NCBI GenBank assembly: GCA_038140435.1
Contig: JAYQGE010000005.1
Coordinates: 2,250-66,249 of the forward strand
Length of the DNA stretch: 64,000 bases
Source: Rhodospirillaceae bacterium
GTDB taxonomy: Bacteria > Pseudomonadota > Alphaproteobacteria > UBA6615
Direction: 5' to 3'
Part shown: in pieces, positions 1-10,052 of the stretch
Position numbering within the stretch: the first letter of the stretch is position 1
Layout of the letters: every line of letters starts with the position of its first letter
Notes under the pieces: model-generated
Databases searched by the model: none
What the model saw: only the letters and a program-made list of their open reading frames with translations
What the model was told of the DNA's origin: nothing
Position numbers and translations under genes: made by a program

Positions 1-231
1 CCGGTCGCCGGGCGCGAGCCCCAGGGCCGCGAGCGCGTTCCCCGCCCGGTTCACGCCCTCGGCGAGCTGGGCATACGTCGTGTCGCTGTCGTCGTCACGG
101 ATCGCCACCTTGTCGCCGCGGCCCTCGTCGAGGTGCCGGTCGATGAAGGGCACCGCCACGTTGAACCGGTCGGCATAGGTCAGCGTCGCGGGGCTGGTGG
201 ACGTATCGACGGTGACGGTGTTGGGGGTCAT
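1..231 (-). CDS. Benzoate-CoA ligase family protein, N-terminal part (runs off the left edge)
   Basis: Manual translation from ATG at 231: MTPNTVTVDTSTSPATLTYADRFNVAVPFIDRHLDEGRGDKVAIRDD...TTYAQLAEGVNRAGNALAALGLAPGDR, a typical aryl-CoA ligase N-terminus; lies downstream of boxCB. Confidence 0.8.
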   Translation of the reverse strand, partial: MTPNTVTVDTSTSPATLTYADRFNVAVPFIDRHLDEGRGDKVAIRDDDSDTTYAQLAEGVNRAGNALAALGLAPGDR

Positions 232-253
232 TGGTCGTTTTCCTGCGGATTCA

Positions 254-375
254 ACCCTCTCCCTGTGGGAGAGGGTGGCGAACAACGTGAGCCGGGTGAG
301 GGGTTACGGTTGTCGTGTGTTTGCTCATCGGCGTTTTATCCCCTCACCTAAACCCCTCTCCCCATGGGAGAGGGG
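254..375. repeat. REP-like palindromic dimer (CCCTCTCCC-N3-GGGAGAGGG units with GGTGAGGGG/CCCCTCACC tails)
   Basis: Hairpins accctctccc-tgt-gggagagggt (254-276) and cccctctccc-cat-gggagagggg (353-375); ggtgagggg (295-303) is complementary to cccctcacc (340-348). Confidence 0.9.
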
Positions 376-699
376 CTTTGCGGAACGCGCGGTATTGAGA
401 ATTTCCATCAAGACGCCGTCGATGTTCTCGATAACCTCGTTGTTCCAGAAGCGGATCACGATGTAGCCCATGGATTCCAGTGCTTGTGTGCGCTCGGCGT
501 CTGCTTCGGTTTGTTGTGCATGCTGCCCGCCATCGAGTTCGACGATCAGCTTCTCGGACTCGGATACGAAATCGACGATGTAGCGCCCAATCGGGGTTTG
601 GCGTCGAAACTTGATGCCGTCCAGCTGGCGATTCCGAAGTCGCGACCAAAGGCGTTTTTCGACTTCGGTCGCGTTTCTGCGGAGTTCGCGTTGCCTCAT
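325..699 (-). CDS. DUF559 / Vsr-like endonuclease domain protein
   Basis: LRRNATEVEKRLWSRLR, KFRRQTPIGRYIVDF, LIVELDGGQH, GYIVIRFWNNEV motifs; AGGAA RBS-like site; more AT-rich than flanking genes. Confidence 0.9.
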   Translation of the reverse strand: MRQRELRRNATEVEKRLWSRLRNRQLDGIKFRRQTPIGRYIVDFVSESEKLIVELDGGQHAQQTEADAERTQALESMGYIVIRFWNNEVIENIDGVLMEILNTARSAKPLSHGERGLGEGIKRR

Positions 700-705
700 T
701 TCCTG

Positions 706-735
706 CCGTTACCCCTCTCCATCCGGCGGTGGGGT
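706..735. repeat. Degenerate partial REP-like unit upstream of the DUF559 gene
   Basis: ccgttacccctc (706-717) is the reverse complement of gaggggttacgg (298-309) at 11/12 positions; continues as cccctctcc. Confidence 0.6.
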
Positions 736-739
736 TCTC

Positions 740-2158
<1,419 letters not shown>

Positions 2159-2162
2159 GGTC

Positions 2163-3818
2163 TCAGACCCGCCTGCGGTCGTATTCGGGTTGTTTGCCGG
2201 TGCCGTAGAGCTCCAGCGCGCCGTCGTCGCCGACGGCGTTGGGGCGTTGGAAAATCCAGTTCTGCCAAGCGCTCAGCCGCGCGAAGATCTTGCTCTCGAT
2301 GGTCTCGGGTCCGGGGAAGCGGAGGCTTGCCTCCATGCCGGTCAGCGCGTCGGGCGAGAAGGCGGCGCGGGCCTCGATCGCGAGCCGCACCTCGTCCTCC
2401 CAGTCGATGTCGTCGGGGGCGAAGGTGACGAGGCCGAGCGCCTCGGCGTCGATCGCCTCGAGATCGGTGCCGAGCTCGTCCTCGGCCGCGGCCCGCGCGT
2501 CATCGTCGCCGTAGAAGCGGCTCTGGAGCCGGGTGAGGCCGGTGCACATCTCGAGCGGGCCCGTGTTCATGCCGGTCAGCCGGACCGTCGCGGGTGGCAG
2601 GTTCGAGCCGTCCTCCTCGAACGTGCCGTCGAGCATGTAGGAACGGTCCGCGGCGAGCGCGAGCTCGAAGAGCGTGCCGGTGAAGCAGGAGCCCGGTTCG
2701 ATGAGCGCGATCAGCGAGCGCGCGGACACGTCGATGCGTTTCAGCGTGCGGCGCAGGTAGAGCGTGATCTCGCGGACCAGCCAGTCGCCGGCATGGTCGA
2801 GCAGGGCCGCGTCATGGGCCGCCACCAGATCCGGGTCGCCCTCGGTGCGGAACACCCAGGTGCCGATCTCGGTCTCGTTGAAGCGCAGGTGCAGAATCGC
2901 GTCGTCGAGCGCGCGGGCGATCGCCAGCGGCCAGAAGTCCACGCCGGCGGCATGGATGCCCGCGGCGTCCGCCGGGGGTGCACCCTCGGGACCGCGAATG
3001 GTGAACGTCGCCGTCCGGGCGGCCCGGTCGAGCGCGACCGTCAGGTGGGGATAATCGATCGCGTCGTCGGAAAGCTCGCGGGCGAGCGGTGTCAGTTCGA
3101 TGCCGTCCGCGTCGGCCGGCCGGTCGCTGGCCGCGATCCGCGCATCCGTGCGCGCGCGCACGGTCTCCTCGAACTTCGAGCGGGGCACCAGCGTGTCCAC
3201 CAGCCGCCACTCCAGCGCACGGCGTCCGCGCAGGCCCTCGCCGGTGGTGCAGAAGAAGTCGGCCCGGTCGCGGCGCACATGGCGCTTGTCCACCACGCGG
3301 GTGAGACCGCCGGTGCCGGGCAGCACCGCCAGCAGCGGCACCTCGGGCAGGGAGACGGCGCTCGACCCGTCGTCGATCAGCAGGATCTCGTCGCAGGCGA
3401 GCGCCAGCTCGTAGCCGCCGCCGGCTGCGGTGCCGTTCACCATGCAGATATAGGCCTGGCCGGAATGCGCGCTCGCATCCTCGATGGCGTTCCGGGTCTC
3501 GTTGGTGAACTTGCAGAAGTTCACCTTGTGATCGTGGCTCGAGCCCTTGAGCATCGGGATGTTGGCCCCGGCGCAGAAGACCCGCTCCATCGCCGAGGTG
3601 ACGACCACCGCCGCCACCTCGGGGTGCTCGAAGCGCAGGCGCTGGACGGCGTCGTAGAGCTCGATATCGACCCCGAGATCGTAGGAGTTGAGCTTCAGCT
3701 CGTAGCCCGGCGCGAGGCCGCCGGCTTCGTCCACGTCGAGGGTCAGGGTCGCGACCCGGCCATCGATGGAAAGGCGCCAGTGGCGGTAGCGGTCAGGGTG
3801 TGTTTCAAAGGCGATCAT
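2163..3818 (-). CDS. boxC: 2,3-epoxybenzoyl-CoA dihydrolase
   Basis: YELKLNSYDLGVDIEL, KVNFCKFTNETRN, RLSAWQNWIFQRPNAVG; double crotonase fold; adjacent to boxB. Confidence 0.95.
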   Translation of the reverse strand: MIAFETHPDRYRHWRLSIDGRVATLTLDVDEAGGLAPGYELKLNSYDLGVDIELYDAVQRLRFEHPEVAAVVVTSAMERVFCAGANIPMLKGSSHDHKVNFCKFTNETRNAIEDASAHSGQAYICMVNGTAAGGGYELALACDEILLIDDGSSAVSLPEVPLLAVLPGTGGLTRVVDKRHVRRDRADFFCTTGEGLRGRRALEWRLVDTLVPRSKFEETVRARTDARIAASDRPADADGIELTPLARELSDDAIDYPHLTVALDRAARTATFTIRGPEGAPPADAAGIHAAGVDFWPLAIARALDDAILHLRFNETEIGTWVFRTEGDPDLVAAHDAALLDHAGDWLVREITLYLRRTLKRIDVSARSLIALIEPGSCFTGTLFELALAADRSYMLDGTFEEDGSNLPPATVRLTGMNTGPLEMCTGLTRLQSRFYGDDDARAAAEDELGTDLEAIDAEALGLVTFAPDDIDWEDEVRLAIEARAAFSPDALTGMEASLRFPGPETIESKIFARLSAWQNWIFQRPNAVGDDGALELYGTGKQPEYDRRRV

Positions 3819-3930
3819 GGGATCGCAATCTCCTCCGGATTCCCGCTAGAACACTAGTCCAACCCCATCACCTTGTGGACCCGATAGTTGGCCTCTCCAA
3901 CCAATTGGCGACACGCGAAGGAATGTTTCG

Positions 3931-4737
3931 ATGTCATCCACGGATCGCCCGGAGCTGCAGCACCTGACCGCCGGGGGGCACCGGCTCGAATACTACTGGA
4001 CGGCGCCCCATGATGGCGACGGCACGGCGCTGGTGTTCCTGCACGAGGGGCTCGGATCGGCCGGCCTGTGGCGGGACTTTCCGGCAATGCTGACGACCGC
4101 AACCGGCCTGCCGGCGCTGGTCTATTCCCGCTATGGCTATGGCGGCTCGGACGCGCTGGAAGCGGCGCGCCCGGTGGACTACATGCACACCGAGGCGCTG
4201 GAGACCCTGCCGGTCATCCGCGACGCCCTTGATCTCGACGACGTGATTCTCGTCGGGCACAGCGACGGCGGGTCGATCGCCGCGATCCATGCCGGCGCGG
4301 GGCAATGGCCGGTGCGCGGCCTGATCCTCGAGGCGCCCCACTTCTTCGTCGAGGACGAGAGCATCGCCGGGATCGAGGACGCGAAGACGGCCTACGAGAC
4401 GACCGACCTGCCGGCGCGGATCGGGCGCCATCACACCGACGGTGACAAGACCTTCCGGGGCTGGAACGACATCTGGCTGTCGCCGGCCTTCCGTGACTGG
4501 AACATCGAGGAATATCTGCCGGGGATCACCTGTCCGTCCCTGGTGATCCAGGGCGAGGGCGACGAGTACGGTACCGCAGCCCAGCCCGAGGCGATCGGCC
4601 GCCAGTCGTCGGGGCCGGTGGATGCGGTGATGGTGCCGGATTGCGGCCACGCGCCCCACAAGGACGCGACCGAGGGGGTGCTCGAGCTGATGGCCGACTT
4701 CGCGGGCGCGCTCGCCGCGGGTGCCGAGGCCGAATGA
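3931..4737 (+). CDS. Alpha/beta hydrolase, divergent from boxC
   Basis: FLHEGLGS, GHSDGG nucleophile elbow, GHAPH. Confidence 0.9.
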   Translation: MSSTDRPELQHLTAGGHRLEYYWTAPHDGDGTALVFLHEGLGSAGLWRDFPAMLTTATGLPALVYSRYGYGGSDALEAARPVDYMHTEALETLPVIRDALDLDDVILVGHSDGGSIAAIHAGAGQWPVRGLILEAPHFFVEDESIAGIEDAKTAYETTDLPARIGRHHTDGDKTFRGWNDIWLSPAFRDWNIEEYLPGITCPSLVIQGEGDEYGTAAQPEAIGRQSSGPVDAVMVPDCGHAPHKDATEGVLELMADFAGALAAGAEAE

Positions 4738-4797
4738 TCTCCTCTGTGGATGACCGGCCCCTGTTAGGCGGTGCTGCGGGGTGATACGAATAACGTC

Positions 4798-6126
4798 ATG
4801 ACTGACACATACGATCTGATCATCAGGGGTGGCGAGGTCTGGGCCACCGGCGGGCTGGCTCGAACCGACGTGGCCGTCAGCGGCGGCCGTATCGCCCATG
4901 TGGGCGACCTCGGCGCGGCCGACGCCGAAACCGTCATCGACGCGGCGGGGCTCACCGTCCTGCCGGGCATGATCGACAGCCAGGTGCATTTCCGCGAGCC
5001 CGGCAACGAGCAGAAAGAGGACCTCGAATCCGGCACCCGCTCGGCGGCGCTGGGCGGCATCACGGCCGTGTTCGAGATGCCCAACACCAACCCGCTGACC
5101 ACGACCGTCGAGGCGCTGGCCGACAAGATTTCCCGCGCGAAGGGGCGTGCGTGGACCGACCACGCCTTCTTCATGGGCGCGTCGGCGGAAAATGCCGATG
5201 ATCTCGCCGAACTTGAGCGTGTGCCGGGCTGCTGCGGCGTCAAGATGTTCATGGGCAGCTCCACGGGGAACCTCCTGGTGCCCGACGACGAGACGGTGCG
5301 CCGCGTGCTCGCGAACGGCACCCGACGCATGTCGGTGCATTCGGAAGACGAGTACCGCCTCGAGGAACGCAAGGGCGAACGTGTCGAGGGCGATCCGTCG
5401 TCGCACCCTGTCTGGCGCGACGAGGAGACGGCGATCCGCTCGACCAAGCGCTTGCTCTCGATCGCGCGGGAGACCGGGCGGCGCGTGCATGTGCTGCACA
5501 TCACCACCGCCGAGGAGGTCGAGATACTCGCCGGGTACAAGGACGTGGCGACCTGCGAGGTGACGCCGCAGCATCTCACGCTTGCCGCACCCGACTGCTA
5601 CGAGCGGCTCGGAACCTACGCCCAGATGAACCCGCCGATCCGCGACGCGGCCCACCGCGCCGGGCTGTGGCGCGGGATCGAGCAGGGCGTGTTCGACGTG
5701 ATCGGCTCGGACCACGCACCCCACACCAGGGAAGAGAAGGCGCAGCCCTATCCCGCGAGCCCGTCGGGGATGCCCGGCGCGCAGACGACGGTGGCGGTGA
5801 TGCTCGACCATGTGGCCAACGGCCGGCTGTCGCTCGCCCGCCTGGTCGATCTCCTGTGCTCCGGCCCCCAGCGGATCTTCAACATCGCCGGCAAGGGCCG
5901 CATTGCCCAAGGCTATGACGCGGACTTCACGCTGATCGATCTCAAGGCGAAGCGCGAGATCACAGCGGACTGGCTCGCCTACAAGTGCGGCTGGTCGCCC
6001 TATGAGGGGATGACCGTCACCGGCTGGCCGGTGGGTACCATCATCCGCGGCAACGTCGTCATGCGCGACGGGGAACTCGCCGACGCGCCGGTGGGCGAAC
6101 CGGTCCGGTTCATGGAGACGCTTTAG
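4798..6126 (+). CDS. pyrC: Dihydroorotase (multifunctional-complex type; DSQVH variant)
   Basis: DSQVHFREPG, EMPNTNP, MNPPIR, IGSDHAPH, KCGWSPYEG; ATG at 4798 preferred. Confidence 0.88.
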   Translation: MTDTYDLIIRGGEVWATGGLARTDVAVSGGRIAHVGDLGAADAETVIDAAGLTVLPGMIDSQVHFREPGNEQKEDLESGTRSAALGGITAVFEMPNTNPLTTTVEALADKISRAKGRAWTDHAFFMGASAENADDLAELERVPGCCGVKMFMGSSTGNLLVPDDETVRRVLANGTRRMSVHSEDEYRLEERKGERVEGDPSSHPVWRDEETAIRSTKRLLSIARETGRRVHVLHITTAEEVEILAGYKDVATCEVTPQHLTLAAPDCYERLGTYAQMNPPIRDAAHRAGLWRGIEQGVFDVIGSDHAPHTREEKAQPYPASPSGMPGAQTTVAVMLDHVANGRLSLARLVDLLCSGPQRIFNIAGKGRIAQGYDADFTLIDLKAKREITADWLAYKCGWSPYEGMTVTGWPVGTIIRGNVVMRDGELADAPVGEPVRFMETL

Positions 6127-6136
6127 TCCCCATCTT

Positions 6137-6228
6137 CGTCACTCCCGCGAAGGCGGGAGTCCATAAACACCGAAGTAGGAACGGGCAAACGCCTCTGATC
6201 GTGGTTGCCCGCCTGCGCGGGCAGGACG
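6137..6228. repeat. CGTC-tagged REP-like inverted dimer between convergent pyrC and hisI
   Basis: cgtc-actcccgc-gaag-gcgggagt-cca (6137-6163) and inverted copy tgg-ttgcccgc-ctgc-gcgggca-ggacg (6202-6228). Confidence 0.85.
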
Positions 6229-6234
6229 ATGTGT

Positions 6235-6714
6235 TTAGAGCTTCGTCGGGTTCGGCGCGTCGCCGTAGACCTCGACCGGGTCGAAGACCTTCTCGGTCTC
6301 CTCATAGCCGAGGGTGACCGGCGCATCGTCCGCGGCGCCGACCGGCACCGAGCGGTAGAAGCAGGAGCGGTAGCCCACATGGCAGCTGGCGCCACCCTGG
6401 ACATCGACGCGCAGCCAGACCGCGTCCTGATCGTCGTCGATCCGGATTTCCTTGACCTTCTGGACCAGGCCCGACGTGGCGCCCTTGTGCCAGAGGACTT
6501 CGCGCGAGCGGGACCAGTAGTGGGCCTCGCCCGTCTCGATGGTCTTGGTCAGGGCCTCGGCGTTCATGTAGCCGTGCATCAGCACCTCGCCGCTGTCGGC
6601 GTCGGTGGTGACGACGGGCATCAGGCCGTCGGCGTCGAACTTCGGCGCGAGTTCGTGGCCTTCCTCGACCTGTTCGATGGTCTGGCGCGGGGCGAACATG
6701 GGGTTCTCGGACAT
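6235..6714 (-). CDS. hisI: Phosphoribosyl-AMP cyclohydrolase (DDDQD variant)
   Basis: [42 protein letters not shown]. Confidence 0.92.
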   Translation of the reverse strand: MSENPMFAPRQTIEQVEEGHELAPKFDADGLMPVVTTDADSGEVLMHGYMNAEALTKTIETGEAHYWSRSREVLWHKGATSGLVQKVKEIRIDDDQDAVWLRVDVQGGASCHVGYRSCFYRSVPVGAADDAPVTLGYEETEKVFDPVEVYGDAPNPTKL

Positions 6715-6741
6715 GGGACCGCTCTCGATAGGGGGCGCGCA

Positions 6742-6795
6742 TTGCGGCGCCCGGTTTCGCGCGTGTTATAACGGTTCGCGCCCGGCGAATGTCAA
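6742..6795. promoter_or_regulatory. Putative symmetric bidirectional promoter for hisI and the COG0523 gene
   Basis: TTGCGG (6742, +) and TTGACA (6795, -) lie equidistant from the palindrome GTTATAAC (6765-6772). Confidence 0.45.
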
Positions 6796-6822
6796 GCGGG
6801 CGGCACGCGGCGAGAGATACGA

Positions 6823-7938
6823 ATGAGCGAGAATGCGCCGGAAACCCCGGACGAACTGATCCCCGTTTCCCTGCTGACGGGCTTCCTGGGCAGCGGCAAG
6901 ACGACCGTGCTCAACCATGTGCTGCACGACCCGCGCATGGACAAGGCGGCCGTGATCGTCAACGAGTTCGGCGAGGTCGGGCTCGACCACGAGCTGATGG
7001 TGGCGGGCAGCGAGGACATGGTGCTGCTGAATAGCGGCTGTCTGTGCTGCACCGTGCGCGGCGATCTCGTGAACACGCTCCGCGACATGATGATGCTGCG
7101 CCTGCGCGAGGACGTGCCGTCCTTCAACCGCGTGCTGATCGAGACGACGGGGCTGGCGGACCCGGCGCCGATCCTGCACACGCTCATGTCCGACCAGCTT
7201 GTGACCAACTATTTCCGCCTCGATGGGGTGATCACCACCGTCGACGCGGCGAACGGTGCCGACACGCTCGACCGGCAGTTCGAGTCCGTGAAACAGGTGG
7301 CGGTGGCGGACCGGTTGCTCCTGACTAAGACAGACATCGCCGATGAAGCGGCGCGCGAAGCGCTCGAGGCGCGCATCGCGGCGGCCAATCCCGCGGCCCC
7401 GCGCATCACGGTTGTCGATGGGGATGTCGATCCCGGGCTCCTGTTCAACGCCGGGCTCTACGACCCCGAGACCAAGACCGCGGACGTGGCGGGCTGGCTA
7501 CGCGACGAGGCCTACGGGGACGATCATCATCATGAGCATGAACATCATCATCATGATCATGATCATGGGCACGACGTGAACCGCCACGACGACCAGATCA
7601 GCTCCTTCTGCGTGACCTATGACGAGCCGCTGCGCCTCGACGCGCTGGAGCAGTGGTTCGACACCATCATGATGCTCAAGGGCCCCGACCTGCTGCGCAT
7701 CAAGGGCATCGTCAACGTGGCGGAGATGGACAAGCCCGTCGTGATCCACGGCGTACAGCATGTCTTCCATCCGCCCGCGGTGCTCGACGCGTGGCCGTCG
7801 GAGGATCGACGGACCCGGATCGTCTTCATCACCCGGGACGTGGAGCGCAAGGCGATCGAGGACACGCTTACCTGGTTCTCCGACGAGCGGCTGCGCGACC
7901 AGAAAAGCCCGGGCGCGGGGCGCGGCCTGATCCGTTAG
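6823..7938 (+). CDS. COG0523 (CobW/ZigA-like) G3E GTPase metallochaperone
   Basis: LTGFLGSGKTT, VNEFGEVGLD, GCLCC, IETTGLADP, His-rich linker, CobW_C-like LLRIKG...HGVQH. Confidence 0.93.
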   Translation: MSENAPETPDELIPVSLLTGFLGSGKTTVLNHVLHDPRMDKAAVIVNEFGEVGLDHELMVAGSEDMVLLNSGCLCCTVRGDLVNTLRDMMMLRLREDVPSFNRVLIETTGLADPAPILHTLMSDQLVTNYFRLDGVITTVDAANGADTLDRQFESVKQVAVADRLLLTKTDIADEAAREALEARIAAANPAAPRITVVDGDVDPGLLFNAGLYDPETKTADVAGWLRDEAYGDDHHHEHEHHHHDHDHGHDVNRHDDQISSFCVTYDEPLRLDALEQWFDTIMMLKGPDLLRIKGIVNVAEMDKPVVIHGVQHVFHPPAVLDAWPSEDRRTRIVFITRDVERKAIEDTLTWFSDERLRDQKSPGAGRGLIR

Positions 7939-8011
7939 CGTTCGCCTCGCAACCACCGGGGATTTGCGCGATACTGCGCCCCGTCATTCCCGACAAAAAA
8001 GAGAGATACCC

Positions 8012-8791
8012 ATGACCGAGATCGTTCAGGTCGAGCGTCGCGACGACATTGCCATCGTCTCCCTGCATCGCACGGAGAAGCGGAACGCGCTGCGCCAGGA
8101 GGACTGGATCGCCGTCGGCGACACGATCGGGGCGCTGGGTGAGGATGACGATCTGCGCTGCATCGTCCTGCGCGGGGCGGGCGACGAGGCGTTCTGCGCC
8201 GGCGCGGACATCACCAACTTCGAGGCCGAGCGCTCGGACCGCAAGAAGGTGAAGGCCTATGAGGCGGCGACGGACCACGCGTTCCTCGGGGTCCACAATT
8301 CGCGCCACCCGGTGATCGCCATGATCCACGGCTTCTGCATCGGCGGCGGCTTCGAGCTCGCGCTCGCCGCCGACCTGCGCATCTCGGGCGAATCCGGCCG
8401 TTTTGCCGTGCCGGCCAAGAATATCGGTCTCTTCCTCGGCTACCGGCTCGTCCAGTTCCTGATGGACGCGGGCGGTCCCGCGGTGACGGCGGAGATCCTG
8501 CTCGAGGGCCGGCCGCTGTCCGCCGAGGAGGCGCTGGCGAAGAACCTCCTGACCCGGGTGGTGCCGGATGCCGAGCTCGAAGAAGAGGTCATGAAAGCCG
8601 CGCGGCGGATCGCGGACGGCGCGCCCCTGTCCCATCGCTATCACCGGGCCGCGATCAAGCGGCTGGGCGACCCGCGCCCGCTCAGCCGGGCCGAGCTGGA
8701 AGGCCAGTTCGACTACGCGGACAGCGAGGACTACATGACCGGCTACAACGCGTTCAAGAACCGCGAGAAGCCCAAGTTCCAGGGCCGCTAG
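8012..8791 (+). CDS. Enoyl-CoA hydratase/isomerase family protein
   Basis: AFCAGADI, GFCIGGGFELALAADLR, C-terminal REKPKFQGR. Confidence 0.9.
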   Translation: MTEIVQVERRDDIAIVSLHRTEKRNALRQEDWIAVGDTIGALGEDDDLRCIVLRGAGDEAFCAGADITNFEAERSDRKKVKAYEAATDHAFLGVHNSRHPVIAMIHGFCIGGGFELALAADLRISGESGRFAVPAKNIGLFLGYRLVQFLMDAGGPAVTAEILLEGRPLSAEEALAKNLLTRVVPDAELEEEVMKAARRIADGAPLSHRYHRAAIKRLGDPRPLSRAELEGQFDYADSEDYMTGYNAFKNREKPKFQGR

Positions 8792-8795
8792 GCCC

Positions 8796-10046
8796 ATGGC
8801 ATCCCTGTCCGGCCGGCCGCAGGAGGCACCCGCGCCGGTGCGCCTGTTCGCGCTGATCTTCCTGCCCTTCGCGCTCGGCTATTTCTTCTCCTATCTCTAC
8901 CGGACCGTGAACGCGGTGATCGGTCCCGACCTGGCGCTCGAGATGTCGCTCTCGCCGGGGCAGCTGGGTTTGCTCACGAGCGCCTACTTCATCACCTTCG
9001 CCGCAGCGCAGATTCCGGTGGGTATCTATCTCGACAGCCACGGGCCGCGCCGCGTGGTGACCGTGCTGTTGCTGATCGCCGCCGTCGGCGCGTTCGTCTT
9101 CTCGATCGGCGAGGGGCTCTGGAGCCTCGTCGCCGGCCGCGCGCTGATCGGCCTCGGCGTGGCCGCGTGCCTCATGGGTTCGTTCAAGGCGATGAGCGAA
9201 TGGTGTCCGGGCGAGAAGCTGCCCTTCATGAACGGGCTCGTCGTCGCATTCGGTGGGCTGGGCGCGATGGTGGCGACTGCGCCCACCGAGGCGATCGTGT
9301 CCGAGGTGGGCTGGAGGTACGGCTTCGTCGCGCTGGCGCTGGCGACCGTCGTCGTCGCGGCTGCGATCTGGTTCGTCGTGCCCGAGCGCGAGCGGGCCGG
9401 CGCGTCGGAGCCGATGGCGTCGCGGATCGCCGGGATGCTGTCGATCTACCGCAGCGGGTTGTTCTGGCGGGTGGCACCCCTCGCGGCGCTGTCTCAGGGC
9501 GGGTTCCTGGCGATCCAGACCCTGTGGGCCGGACCGTGGCTCCGGGACATCGCGGGCCTCGATTCACGTGCGGTGAGCTTCACGCTCCTGGCGGGGGCCG
9601 GGGGCTTCGTGATCGGCAATATCGTCTTCGGCTTGATCGCCGAGCGGCTCATGCGGCGGAACATCCCGCCGCTGGTGACGGCGGCCGGCGGCATGGCGCT
9701 GTTCATCCTGGTGCAGCTGTTTGTGATCTTCGAGTGGACGGCGGCACCTGCCGCCCTCTGGTTCGTCTTCGGTGCCACGGGTACGACGGGGGTGGTGATC
9801 TTCGCGGTGCTCGCGCGGATGTTCCCCCCCGAACTCGCCGGGCGGGCGAGCACGGCCCAGAATCTGCTGATCTTCGGCGCCGCCTTTGCGCTCCAATGGG
9901 GCATGGGCGAGGTGATCAACATCTGGACGGTCGGCGCGGACGGCACCTACGCGGTCGCCGGCTACCGCGCGGCCATCGGCCTGGTCCTGGCGCTGCAGGT
10001 CCTGGCGTTCGCCTGGATGCTGTTCTATCGGCCCCGGCAGCGTTGA
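8796..10046 (+). CDS. MFS transporter
   Basis: About 12 hydrophobic segments; GIYLDSHGPRR motif A. Confidence 0.9.
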   Translation: MASLSGRPQEAPAPVRLFALIFLPFALGYFFSYLYRTVNAVIGPDLALEMSLSPGQLGLLTSAYFITFAAAQIPVGIYLDSHGPRRVVTVLLLIAAVGAFVFSIGEGLWSLVAGRALIGLGVAACLMGSFKAMSEWCPGEKLPFMNGLVVAFGGLGAMVATAPTEAIVSEVGWRYGFVALALATVVVAAAIWFVVPERERAGASEPMASRIAGMLSIYRSGLFWRVAPLAALSQGGFLAIQTLWAGPWLRDIAGLDSRAVSFTLLAGAGGFVIGNIVFGLIAERLMRRNIPPLVTAAGGMALFILVQLFVIFEWTAAPAALWFVFGATGTTGVVIFAVLARMFPPELAGRASTAQNLLIFGAAFALQWGMGEVINIWTVGADGTYAVAGYRAAIGLVLALQVLAFAWMLFYRPRQR

Positions 10047-10052
10047 GGCCGG

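Noticed and set aside
254-375. CRISPR array interpretation of the palindromic repeats
   Set aside because: Units are inverted rather than direct, there are only two or three, spacers are not regular and no cas genes are present
4781-4796. Zur-like sequence gtgatacgaataac upstream of pyrC
   Set aside because: Wrong spacing and mismatches relative to GTTAT-N3-ATAAC
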